DNA from: Camelus dromedarius
Taxonomy: Eukaryota
Assembly: GCF_036321535.1 (NCBI RefSeq)
Contig: NC_087472.1
Coordinates: 102,116,001-102,180,000, forward strand
Direction of reading: 5' to 3'
Length of the DNA: 64,000 nt
The position numbers and the translations under genes are program-made. Of this stretch, positions 43,715-56,785 are shown in pieces (position 1 is the first letter of the stretch; each line of letters opens with the position of its first letter). The notes beneath the pieces are model-generated. The model was not told where the DNA came from. It saw nothing but the letters and a program-made list of their open reading frames with translations, and made no database searches.

Positions 43715-46700
43715 CTGCAGCAAAATAAGGGAAGGTCAGAAGGGAGACAGCAAAGCTTCACTCAGCGAAGTTGGGCTGAAACGGAAAATACCCACAGAAG
43801 TCAAAGTGGCTGCAAAGGCCTGGCAAGCGCCCGGAGCAGCCACGCGCTGTACTGGAGCTCAGATGCCACACCACCTGCAGCAAGCACCCAACCCCAACCC
43901 AGATCAGAACCTTCTTTAACCTCTTTGCTCTTATTACACCTTAACCAGAGGAAAAGCTTTCTGTAAATTCAAATCTGTTTCCATTGAAACTGTTAACAAG
44001 AATAACATGCTAACCCTTCCACTTAGGTCCTTCCATGCTTTAACAGAAGGGCTTCGCGGTATTAGCTGACTGCAGAACTTTTCTCCTGTTTACATGCAAA
44101 TGTGATAACAGACACATATGGAACTGGGACAGACAGGCTGAAAGTAAGAATCAGATGTTCAACAGAATATGCCACAAATGAAATTCAGAGAAGGAAAATA
44201 CACATCGAGCGGGTTGAAGGGTCTTGGTTGTCTTACCAAGAGAAACATGGGTTTGGGGAAATTTTCAAAGCTAAAGCCACCTCTTAACCTTCTCCCTCAA
44301 TCTGTAACAAGGCAGGAGCAATTTCTGAGATTATAACTCCAATTAATGGCATTTAGTGAAAAGGGAACTAGGTCACTTGCTAGAGGTCACATAGCTAGAA
44401 AGTTGCTTGAATTTGATCCAAACTCCAGCCTCTCACTGTTTCTAAATTTCATTTTCAAAATGTTCTGATACTATGAGCCAGAGAAGAAAACTTCAGGCAG
44501 GAGTAACTAGACTATTTACTAGAGACCTACTTATTCTCTAAATTAATTCAACCCACTACATTAGTCCATTGCTTAGGAACAGGTTTGTGGATGAGTTCCC
44601 AATTTGATTTTCTAAGAAGTGGACGTGCATGTCTTACATCTGTTCTATTTAGCCTCTCGGCTAACTTCACGTCATAGAAGAAAATGACCTTTGAATCAGA
44701 GATGTATCCTAGAGACAGATTAACCTCAGAAAACCGTTCTTGGTATTTAGCTATTACAGTAGCGCTCATGAAATTAGAATCTATCAACTACTGTTAAGCA
44801 ACTTCAATTCTTAGTAAAGCTGGTTTTGACGCGGCAAGTTTTTATCTTTCTAAATAAGTTCCTCAAGGTTTCTTTGTGGTAGTCGAGAGTTTTGTTTGTC
44901 ATGCAAGGTTGCAATCTTTAATAAAGCCACCATAATGGCATGTGACATGCTCTGGGGTGGTCCCTGTAGCATAACTGGCAAGACAGGCAAGGCAAAGGCA
45001 TGCAGGCGCTAGCAGGAAGAGGGCTCTGGTACTTTCAAGCAGAATAAAAGGGAACTGACAGAAAAGGACAACGGAGGTTTCAAATGCGAACTCTTGATTT
45101 AAAAAGGAAATGAGAGACCCTAGCTAGAAATAAAAAGAACTTTCTATGCTAGATATAGCTTTAGTGACATTTTTCACTCAAAAAGGAAAAATAATAACGT
45201 GTGTATAAATCATGTGCATGTGATCCTGTGGTGTGTGTATATATACACACATACAGTTGAGTACACTATCTCATACCACATCTTATTCCATTTTATTTCC
45301 ATATATAACCTGTGTATTTACATTTTCATATGGAAAGTTAAATGAGTATCAAATAAGTAATACTATAAAACTATGACTGCAACCAATTAAAATATAAATG
45401 CAGGGAATCAACAAAATGATGAATATAATAGTGTCAGAAGGGTGATTTTCCCTCTTTCTCTTCCATTTCCACAATGCTTTATTATTCTAAAAAGGAAGAT
45501 AAAAATAATTCAATTTTCTTGGTCTTGGTAAAGGCCCAGTAAGGAAGAGTGAAAATAAAAACATCCAAATTAGACCAAGAGAATAACATATAAAATTTAG
45601 CCAGAGATATTAATAATAGAATAAGTGACTGAGATTTTGTCATTTCACTTGCTTTGGGAAGGAAAGTCAGTAGAAGGAAAAACTGTGAGGTTCAATTTAC
45701 AGTTAACATAGTACACATGAGCAGATTTCTGCTGTTCAGAAAAGGATTTTCCTACTACGAGGGCAGATAAATGTTACTATTCCTACTTTCTAAAGCCAGT
45801 ACAGACTAATTTGTAAAAGACCCATTCATCCTTTAAAAACAGGATGAGTAAACATGGTGGCCATAGAGAGAAATAATGACTATACCTTTTTTTGGTAACA
45901 AAATGAATTGGTACGAATTGGTACTGTATCTATTATTTTTTTTAAATATGAACATATATAGCTGAACCTTCTATAAACAAGGAAACAAAACTCCAATCTG
46001 GAGAATCCAGACATAGAAGATAAACTAAGGGGGTAACTCTGTGATTTACAAGGAGACGAGATTTCCTTAAATGGCAGTATTTCAAGCATATAAAATATGG
46101 TCAGGTGTAAATTCACTTTCTCAGGAATGCATCTAGTAGCCAAAAAAGGAAAAAATTCACTAAGAGCTAAGGCAAAACTTAGAAAGCACACGCAGCGTCC
46201 TGTCTTCCACCGCAGTCTACTGGTGAAGAGTGGTCCCAATTCCATTCCCTTCTTTGAGGTTCTAGTAGGTCCATTAGTGTTTCTGTATTTCTCCTCGCTC
46301 CTCCTGCCTGCCGTCTGATGTCAACCACAGCACTGCCTTACTAGCTGTCGCTCTTCAACTAGTCTCTACTGATTTAAAAACTGTGAAGCTGAGAAGAGGC
46401 TCTAAGAGGATGCAACAGACATAAGCACTGCTTACCTGAAGCTCTGGGCCTCACTGAAATCGCCAAAGCATTTTCCTTCCCTACTCTAGATTTCACCACC
46501 CAGACTTCTTACTTTTTGGCGGTCACCTTGTCACGGTAGGAAATGTCAATGTTAGGTATCTTTTGTCCATATTTCCTTCTTTTCAAAGCTGCTTCCCCCT
46601 ATTCATTATCAGCCCACAACAGGTAGCTCCTATCATACAGCCACTTCTTCACGTCACGTGACCAGAGAGCAGCAGCCCCATCTTCCCGCACAAAGAAACA

Positions 46701-46889
46701 CAGAAACTAGTCTCCCCACACTGCGTTGTGCTGCAGGCTCCAGCCAGGCCCCTAGGGATGCAAGCACTCACTCAGAGCTTCAAGTCTAAGGGAAAAGGGG
46801 ATTGTGGGTTGGGCTTTGGGTTGGAAGGTTTATTTCTGGTCAGGGACAGGGCACAAAGGGCATTAAAGCAGAAATTAAACAAATACTAC

Positions 46890-46935
46890 CTGGATCTTGG
46901 TCTTGCTTTGAGACTGTTGGAATCCTTAGGAGTGG
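46890..46935 (-). CDS. REPS2: REPS2 coding exon (probably exon 12)
   Basis: tttgtttcag|CC ACT...TCC AG|gtagta, 46 nt; ATPKDSNSLKARPRS(R). Confidence 0.94.
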
Positions 46936-49211
46936 CTGAAACAAAGATTAGTTGTTGTTTGTTTGGGTTTCATGGCTGCAGTTAAACAGGTGTATAAGCA
47001 GCATGTGAGCTAGTACAGAACACATCAGTGGCTAAATCTGAGGTACAGGCATCTTTGTGGAGAACTTGACTGCTTCCACGTTTTCATGATTCTGTAATTT
47101 TATTTCTAAAGCTAAAGGCACAATCAACAGGAAAGAAAAAACAATACAGTTTTCCTTTTGTCAGAGCACTAGCTAAGAGGCCAATCTCAAATCTAAGTTG
47201 ATTAATAAAGAAATTCCAGCCTAAAAAGACAACCCTCTCAAGAGGTTATTTATATAATGGGCTCAGACATGAAGGTTTCTTGGTCTATCGTAAGAGCCCA
47301 GTAATAGGTTTTGAACCAGTCTCCCCTAAAGGCTACCAAGAAATCTATTGGGCTACATATTTTAAGATTTTCTTAAAATACATTACCAGAAAAGCACGAC
47401 CACAAGAAATCAAAGCTCCCACAATTAAGTTGACACGAGCTACGCAGCTTTTCCCATAAGAAAATATTCTTATGTCCCACATTTCTGTGACCAAATCATA
47501 CAGAGAATATTATGGAGTTAAATCATTAAAACATTTTGTCAACCGTACAACTTTTCCTACTCCAATTTAAATCATAAACTAGCTTGTTCACTACCGACAT
47601 GCATGGAGCCTGCTTTCCCATCATCGTTGTTGGGAGTAATGGGAAATATTTACAAAAACATTAATCCTCTTTTTATGTTTTCAATCCTCTATGAAAACAA
47701 CTTTAGAAACCACTGGCTATGCTAAGGTTTTGCAAACATTGCAACTTTTTCATCATAAAATGTTACAAAAATTCATTAAAAAAAAACCTTGCTACTAACT
47801 AGGAACAAGAAGAAAATAGTTTGTATATTGTTTGCACAATTTTTTCCAGAAAGAAAATGTCTCGCTGCATTACCCCATCCTCTTTTACATTACTCCAAAG
47901 ACAAAACCCCTCCTCGGTATGAAGCATGCTGGATTGATGATGAGCATTAAACTCCTGGGGGTAGAAAGCAGGGCAGAATGGGGGGCTGAGATGCTAACAA
48001 GGCACAAAGCAAGCCAGCAACACATACTCCCTTAGCTATGGTCAGTGGCACAAGAAAGGCACTTCTCCCAACCGAAGCATTCTGGCTTCTTGTGATGAGA
48101 ACACAGGCAGCTTCCAACCTCAAACCGCTGAAAGGCCATCAGAGTCCTGGGAAGCACGGGAAGCCTGAGGAGTGCAGCATGAGCCCGGCCTCGCCCATCC
48201 TGTGCATTGGCACCTGCCCCTCCTGCAGAGCCCAGGAGGTGAGGAGAGCGGCCCTGGAGAGCCTCTCCCCCAGCCCAGCAGGCTGCCCCGGGGCTGGGCG
48301 GACGGTAGGACCCAACTCACCACAGGGCTGAGGGCTGCCCTCTGAGCAGGCCGCCCGCAGCCAGGTCCAGCTTCTCTCTCAGGCCCCACTGCCTTCCAGA
48401 AATACGAGGGCAGGAGAAGTCTTGGCCATGTTAAAAGACTATTCCCCGAACCAGACCGTGGTGACCGTTAATTCCTCTGTTCACTGCCATTATCTTTGTC
48501 TTCTTGCTGGGGTGGGAGTGGGTGTGGAAAGAGGGGTGAACCCTGCTAGTGAGAGATAGACAGACAGATGGGGTGAGGGGTGTGGCTGAGCAATGGAGAC
48601 CAGGCCAGGAGTCCTGAGGCCTAGGGGCTCCTCCTGGCCATGACCCTAACTAGCTGTTACCTCTCTGAAACTCAGTTTCCTCACCTACAGAATGAAGAGA
48701 AAAATGCGGCTCCTTTCTCACACAGAGAGAGAAGGTGGTGAAGGTCCTTTAAAAAACCATGTTTTTTAGAATTGCAAAATATTACTGCTGAACAGTACTC
48801 CTAACTTTTCGAGTTTATAAATCTGGTCTCTAGGACAGCAAAGGAGGTGCAGGTTGGAGCGGGGCAGTGGAAGGAGAGAACTGCTCTACCCCGCCAGACC
48901 GCAGGTGGCCGCTGGCAGTGGGGCAACTGGAGAATCAGCACAGCCATCCGAAGACGATGGTGGGAGGGTGAACAGGCCTGACGCCATCTGTGAGACCTCG
49001 AGCCATACAGAAAACAATTGCCACCGTGCTGTGTGCCCTGTTGAATTAGGCTGGAATGTGACGTTAGCTAAGAAATCCATTTGATTCCACTAATATATAC
49101 TGTTTCAGCAATGAAAGGGGTACGGGCATATGAGAAAAATACGTAACAAGGAGTACCTCCAATCCCTGATGACACAGTCCCACCCCACCTGCAACCCACC
49201 GCATCCTCTGC

Positions 49212-49241
49212 ATCACCACCACTATCATCATCACCACCACT
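49212..49241. repeat. Imperfect (CAY)n trinucleotide repeat
   Basis: catcaccaccactatcatcatcaccaccac. Confidence 0.8.
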
Positions 49242-50287
49242 ACCCAGTGCAGAAGGAAGAGCACCACTGGGAGATGCTCCTCCTTCGCCAGCAAAACAAG
49301 ATCCCAGGCAGAGCTCAGTAAGTCTCCACAGGTTTCAGATGCGAAAAAGCTGGAGAAAACTGTTCTAGTTTAGTCTTCCATTAGCCTCCAAGCCCCTGAG
49401 AGTCAGACTCAGCACTTGGGGCATGCGAGTATCTGCAAAAATGGCAAGGACATGTTGTGTTGGAATCCAGGCAGAAGCCAACAGGCGGATCATAGCTTCT
49501 CGTTGAGCAGGGGAAGGGGAAGAAGAGTGACAACTTCCTAGAACACTCCAGGCATGCCATCTTTCCGGAAAACAGAAACAGGAGAAGAGGGCGAGCCTCA
49601 AGTTTAACTCTCCAGAAGGCAGCAACTCAACTGAGGTGAACTGTCCACATGGCCTGGACAGCCATCAGAATTAGAAACCACTACCTCAAAATTCTAGAGT
49701 CTCCTGCTAGGAATGCAAACACTCCCCAGTAAAGGGGATATTAAATACATTTTCCAATGAGGGATTCCCTCAAATCCACTCTAGAAAAAAGAACAGAGGG
49801 AAGAATGAAACACAAACCACCCAGCATGCTGCCAGGCAGAATGGAAACTAAGTCAGATAGACTTCACATACTGCAGCACACCCTGATAGGTTCTGGCTGG
49901 TGACGCCGCGCCCTATTCAATGAAGGAATGTTCAAAATGACTTCTAAAGCTCATTCTCGAGAACACGTAATGCTCATGGAAAAAATAGGAAGCATTATTA
50001 GCCTCAAAGGCTGTTGGAGAAGCACAATTTAACTCTCCAAATTTAAGTAACTAGTAAAATAACACAAACTTTACAAACACTAGGACGCATCCACTTTAGC
50101 TCCAGAATTAGAGTTGGAAAGAACTGATCTCAGATGTTTGTCCCACACAAATAAAGCATTTCTCCTATGATGAAGGAACCCGAATCAGTTCCAAAAGCCA
50201 AAACTAGGCCTGAGAACTCCTACCACTCTTGGAGTCGTAGTTGATCTATATTCTTAATTTTCTATTTCTTAACATCGCTTTCTAGAG

Positions 50288-50370
50288 GTAGTGGTTCCCA
50301 AAATAGGCTGCACATCAGAATCACCTGGAGGGAGGGGTGCCTAAAAATACAGGTTCTTAGGCCTCATCAC
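50288..50370. mobile_element. MER5-like fragment
   Basis: gtagtggttcccaaaataggctgcacatcagaatcacctggag. Confidence 0.6.
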
Positions 50371-51335
50371 TGAAATCAATCATATATTCTCATTCATATT
50401 CATTCTCACTCCCTCTGCCTCTCCCTCCCCCTCCTTCTCTCTCCCTTCTTCACTCCCTCTCCCCTAACTCATTCCTCTACCTCTACCACTCTCTTTTAAA
50501 CCTTTAATGAACCTGGTGTTTGGGAAATATTGTACTATATAGCATATGCCCCAATGTTATATTGACACCTTTATTTCAACTTTAAACAAAGGAAACCTGG
50601 ATGATAGCTAGTTAACCAAAACAAACATGATTTACTTATTAAATATAAAGAGAAAGAACAATAAAAGAAAATGCAGCAACTCCTTTCATGTTCTCACAAC
50701 CAGAGCACCAAACAGTAATGCCATCCCTAGCCAGCTTGTTTTGAACCAGGTCCATTTTGGTTCAATGATGACTCCATCAACGAAGCTGAGGACACAGGTC
50801 CAGCCATCTCCACAGTTCACAGACGTTCTGATTCTCCAAAAACCTGGGCAAACACAACTTTTATTTTTCTCCTTGGAATCCATTCCATGTATAAGCACAC
50901 TGACTTGCCTCCCTGGTGGTGAAGTATAACAAAAATATTTGAGATCTTTACTTTGAAAATGGAACACTGCACCTGGGAGCTCCTGGTGATCTACCCCATC
51001 AGCTCCTTACCCAGAAACCACAATGGCTTGTTGAAATCTTCCCAACTCCAAACCTTCTTAGTTTTACACTTAGTAACAATGAGACCCTAAATTTAAACTG
51101 AGAGATACTTTTGGTGAAATGTAAATTCAGAACTTAAGAAGAAATCACCCTCTTCTCATACGTAAAAAGAAGGAAGGGATAAAAAAGAAACCAAAAGGTT
51201 GCCTTACAGTAAAACACAAGACAAATATTTGGAGAGAAACATATTCACAGGTGAATCAGTCTTCTCACTGAGACTATGGGTGTTTTTATATTGGAAATAA
51301 TTACATAAAAATATATTAAATCAGTTTTCTCCTAC

Positions 51336-51389
51336 CTGAATCCTCAGAAATGTCCTTCGGTAAGGCTTCATCTGTAGCACTTGTCAAAG
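51336..51389 (-). CDS. REPS2: REPS2 coding exon (probably exon 11)
   Basis: gttag|CT TTG...TCA G|gtagga, 54 nt, phase 1-1; ALTSATDEALPKDISEDS. Confidence 0.92.
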
Positions 51390-52843
51390 CTAACAGTGTT
51401 TTGTTTTTAAAGAACAAGAGAGAGAAAGAAAAAAGAAAAAAAAAAACTATAAAATTTTACTTCTGAGGCACATTACATTAAAACAAAGAATTCCTAGTCA
51501 ACACTTACAAAAACAGTGTTACAAATCTCTAAGTTGCTATAGCACCTACTAAAACAATAAAAACCTCCTAAAGTATGATAACAGGTTCTCCTACAGAGAA
51601 CAAAGCGATGTTTTCAATGTTCCAGAGAGAGTGCCTCTAGTGGCTAGGAGGAATATTACCAGGAAGTATCAAATACACCCTTTCATTCCTTGCATCCATA
51701 CCAAAGACAACAGGATCTCTCTGGGAGTGAGTCAGGCTTTAGTATTTTTAGAGCTTGCCAGGTTATTTAAATGGGTAGTCAAGGGTAAGTAAGACCCACT
51801 ATTAAAGAGACTGATCAGAGTACTTGCTGCTACAGACAATGTCCAGTTCTGCCTGTCTCTCCTATGCAAATATTTAAATAGAGAGCATTTAATTATTGTT
51901 TCCTAATGGGAAATGTATTTTTCATGTTTAACTCCCAAAGTTGCATCTATGGCAGGCCTCGACAATAAAAACTGAAATAGCCTCACCGACTTTCAGTCCC
52001 TTCAGAAAAGCCTTTCATTAATGGGTAGTGAATCAATATCAGATAACAGAAGGAACACTGGCTTGAGAATTAGAATATCTTGATTCTTACCTCTGCTCTT
52101 TTCCTTACTATGCAAATGTTTCATTCTCCTGAACTTGAGTTTACTCATCTCTAAATTTTAGGTGATAAAACATACCAGCCTCCATTAATACGGTGTATGA
52201 GGAGGGACCTGATAGATTATAAAGCATTGTATATGGGCGTGGAGGTGGGGGGAGCCTCCTCCTGCTCTTCTAGAAATTCCCAGGCCACCTCATCTCTGTG
52301 CCCTGTGCTGGCCATAACATGGATACTGTGCTGCACTGCTCTCACCCGCCCAGTAAGATAGGCAAATTGTTGCTGGGCTCCACATCATAGCCCCAGACCA
52401 ACAAAGTCACAGAAAATAAAGCCTAGGGACAGAAAGTCTCTCCAGAAGATAACTTCCGCAAGGATTAGACCTGTGTAAAAACGTGCATTTATACTGAGGT
52501 TCTGGGATCACATCAGCCAACACAAGATGTTATGCTCTCAAATCTTGCAGTTTCCAGTCACTTCATAATTAGCACAACCAGATTCCAATGTCAGGTGTCA
52601 GAGTAGCCTGAGGGTCAGCAGTGAGCAAGGGGCCAATGAGGTGAAGAGCTTTGGACACTCAAGCTCTTGTTACCACCTTATGAACTATAGTTCTGTGACA
52701 ACAATTTGAACTACTTAATCCATCCAAATACGTTCATCTACTGAAAAATGTCCTCATATGCTCTAGAAGCCAGCCATTCTAAAAGAAGTAGATTAAGAAA
52801 TATAGATAAAATATCCCTAAAGGGAGAAAACTCATTTTCATAC

Positions 52844-52913
52844 CTTGTTTGTCATCACCGGTCACATCTTGGGTAGGGGCAGGAAAGTCAGCCATATCTT
52901 TAACAGACAGCTT
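52844..52913 (-). CDS. REPS2: REPS2 coding exon (probably exon 10)
   Basis: ttttccaag|AAG CTG...CAA G|gtatga, 70 nt; KLSVKDMADFPAPTQDVTGDDKQ; tandem AAG/AAG acceptor, so the start could be 52910. Confidence 0.92.
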
Positions 52914-54039
52914 CTTGGAAAAGAAAAGCAAGTTAATTATATGGGTTGGAATGGAAATTAAGTGATGTGCAGTGTATGATGAAAATGTTTTTAAAAGCTA
53001 TATATCTTGCCAATATTTCTGTCTTCAATAAACCCTGACATTTAATACTATTTTATTTTTTTAGGTTTCTAGTGAGGAGTAAGTTAATTTGTATTGAAAA
53101 CTTACATACACAGAGGAAAATAATGTATGAGATTGAGGCATATGTATAAACCACACATTGTATCTGAATCTGTGTGGGATACATCCAGAGCATCATGTAG
53201 CATTTGCCCATTCAGTGGAGAACAAACCTGTGTTCTAGTACTTTTTCACAGGCAGAGAGAGGTTCTGACAAGTGACCCCATAATGTGGGTATTTACCAGG
53301 ATGTGATATGCACAGGGTGTTCACCCTGATTCAAATAGCCTCCTGGCCATAAAATAAGAGAATTTTACTGGTGAGCAGAACAAAATTTTCTGCTAACTCA
53401 CTTATAGAAGTCTTCACTTATACTAGTAAGATGAATACCCAAATTGGTCAGGTATTGATTAGTTTAAAATTCTGTTTAAAATCTACTAACTATAATTGCT
53501 TATAAACTCTCAACTAACATGTACTCTATCCTCTGATAAGATTAAAGGCTAATACATATTCATGTTTGATATATATATATATATATAAACAAATTCCAGA
53601 AAGATATATACAAATTGAAGGGTTATTGGGTAGGTAGAGGATACGGATTAAGAGGAGGTGTCACTATTGCTTTTTGATAGTCTTTTTATTTTAAACATAT
53701 TCAAAAAATCAAATAAAGATAAATTTTAAAACTTAAAGAAGTAGAGTAAATTCCTGGAGCTATCTGGTGCTCCAAAAGGTTAAATGGTTTACCTCTCAGG
53801 ATCTGAACAGCCCAAGAGAGATAAGCAATACCTCTGCTTTCAAACTGTTTGAAAGAATGGAGTTACAATACTGCTTGGTGGTAACCTGATCTAGGGTTTA
53901 ACAATGCTCAGGCAAGTCATTCTTGGCATTGCAATGAAGCCTCCAGACGTAATTTAGAACAGAGAATGTATCTTCAACTGTACCTTTCTTTCATTTTCTT
54001 GTCCTACCTGGATTATAAACCAGATCCTTAGCAGAATAA

Positions 54040-55955
54040 AATAATTTAGGAGTAGAAAATATAAATAAAAAGAAATCCAAAAGAACACTATTGAAAGAAA
54101 TTTTTAAAATCTAAATAAATGGAAAGACATCCCACGCTCATGGGTCAGGAAACTTAATACTGGTAAGATGGTAATACTCCCTAAATTCATCTACATATTT
54201 GATGCAATCCTTGCATTTTTGCAGAATTTGACCAGCTGGTCCTAAATTTCATATAAAAATGCAAGGAGCCCAGAATAACAAAAATGTTCTTAAAAAAGAA
54301 GAACAAAGTTGAAGGATTCACACTTCCCAAATTCAAAACTTACCAAAAAGTTACAGTAATCAAGGCAGTACAGCACTCACATAATGACAGACATATAGAT
54401 CAGTTGAAAAGAATTGAGAATCCACAAATAAGTTCTCACATTTACAGTCAACTAATTGTCAACAAGGGTGCAAAACAATTCAGTAGGAGAAAAATTTTTT
54501 TTCAGTAAATGATGCTGGAACAACTCAATATTCATATACAAAAGAATGAAGTTGGACCTTTTCTTCACAGCATACACAAAAATTAACTCAAAATGGATCA
54601 CAGACCTAAATGAAAGGCCTAGAACTATAAAACTCTTAGGAGAAAGCACAGGAATATATCTTCATGATCCTGTATTAGGCAATAGTTTCTTCACTATGAC
54701 ACCAAAAGCACAGGCAACAAAAGAAAAAAGTAGATAAATTAAACTTCATCAAAATACAAAAACATTTGTGTTACAAAGGACACTACCCAAGGAAGGGAAA
54801 AAACAAAGAGAAAATACTCTCAAATTATATATCTAATAAGGGATTTATATCCAGAATACATAAAGAACACTTACAACTCAATAATAAACAACCTAGTTTA
54901 TAAATGAACAAAGGATTTGAATAGATATTTCACCAAAGAAGGTATACAAATGACTAATAAGCACGTAAAAAGATGCTCAGTATCAGTTGTCATTAGGAAA
55001 TTCAAATCAAAACCACAATGAGATACCACTTCACTCCCACAAGGATGCCTAAAATCAAAAAGACAGATAGTAGCAAGTGTTAACAAGGATGTTAACCCTC
55101 ATACATGGCTAGTAGGGGAATGTAAAATGGTGCAGGTACTTTGGAAAGTAGTTTGATAGTTTCTCAAAAAGTTAAACACAAGTTACAATATGATGCAACA
55201 ATTCCACTCCTAGGTATATACTCAAGAGAGCTGAAAACATATGTCTACACAAACACTTGCACATGAACATTCACAGCAGCATTTTTTTCTAGCAGCCCAA
55301 AAGTGGAAGCAACCCAAATGTCCATTAGCTGAAGAATGAACAAACAAAATGTGGTATATCAATACAATGGAATGCTATTCAGCAATAAAAAGGAATGAAG
55401 CACTGACACCTACTACAAACTGAATGAACTTTAAAACATTATACAAAGTTAGTTCTCATCACAAGGAAAAAAAGTTTTTTCTAATTCTTTAATGTTGTGT
55501 CTATGTGAAACGATACATGTTCACTAAACTTATCACAGTAATCACTTCAAGATGTGTATAAGTCAAATCACTTTGCTGAACACCTTAAACTTATACAGTG
55601 CTATATGTTAACTGAATCTCAATAAAACTAGAAGAACAAAAAAACAAACATTATACTAAGTAAAAGAAGCCTGTCATAAAAGACCACATAGTATGTGATT
55701 CTATTTATATGAAATGCCCAGAATAAGTAAATCCAGAGACAGGAAATAGCTTCGTGATTACTAGAAGCCAGGGGAAGAGGGGAATAGTAAATGACTGTTA
55801 ATGGCTACAGGCTTTCTTTTTGGAGTGAAGATGTTCTAAAATTAGACTATAGTGATGGTTCCACAACCGTTAATATACTAAAAACCACTGAACTACATAC
55901 TTTAGATGAGTATGGTATGTGAATTACATCTCAATAAGCCTGTTTACAAAAGAAA
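54040..55955 (+). mobile_element. Old L1 (L1MB-like) ORF2 3' part and 3'UTR
   Basis: LKKKNKVEGFTLPKFKTY and [13 protein letters not shown]; 3'UTR ending catctcaataagcctgttt. Confidence 0.9.
55450..55645 (+). mobile_element. L1 3'UTR tip nested in the older L1
   Basis: 16-bp TSD aaacattatac(a/t)aagt at 55434-55449 and 55646-55661; ends ctcaataaaactagaag plus an A-rich tail. Confidence 0.85.
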
Positions 55956-56507
55956 GATCTACTAATCTAAGAAACACTGCTGAAGAGGAGTATAGGTGAA
56001 ATTACAATCTTTAATTCTTAATGGAAATAAGTACATGATTAACAGCCCTGCTGTCTTTAGACAAAGATGTACTTCTGAGGAAACTTCTCACGACCTGAAT
56101 CAGCTACAGCTCCATTCACAACAAACACCTACGCGGAGTCATCCCTCATAGGGCTGGTACCAAGATCTATTTAAATTCCATGCATCCATTCCTGAGAGAT
56201 TAAAAGACTGGTACAAAGAAGAATGAATTAAACAGTTTAGAAAAACATGAAATATATAATCATTAGCTACTAAAATCTGATCTATACTTTTTGAATGTCC
56301 AAACCATCAATTAACCTCATTACTTTGCCCCTGAATTGTGTTTATTATATCATTATCTAAACATACCCCACACCCCAAAAAATAAGTTTTATTGGGAAAG
56401 AGTGTTTTGTGTGTTTTTCTTTTGCTTTCTTGTTTGAATGGGTCAAAGCAAAGACTAGGTAGCTTTTAACCCACATCACCACACTCCCAGAGGAGTCAGT
56501 TAAAGTA

Positions 56508-56785
56508 CAGGTGTCCCTCAGTATCTGCAGGGGATTGGTTCCACGATCTTCCATAGACACCAAAATCCATGGATGCTTGTGTAAAATGGTGCAGTATTTT
56601 CATATAACCTATGCACATCCTCCCACATACTTTAAATCATCTCTAGATTACTTATAATACCTAATACAATGCAAATGCTATGTAAATAGTTGTCAGCATG
56701 CAGCAAATTCAAGTTTTGCGTACTGAAACTTTTAGGAACATTTTCCCCCTAATATTTGCCTTCCACGGCTGGTTCAATCTTCAGA
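56508..56785. mobile_element. MER2-like TcMar-Tigger MITE (3' truncated)
   Basis: ta|caggtgtccctcagtatctgcagggattggttcc...tctctagattacttataatacctaatacaatg. Confidence 0.8.

Noticed and set aside
46430..46440. Strong minus-strand donor CAG|gtaagc
   Set aside because: No convincing acceptor upstream and no pyrimidine tract for a recursive site
49130..49321. His-rich 63-aa ORF
   Set aside because: Produced by a (CAY)n simple repeat; no supporting gene structure
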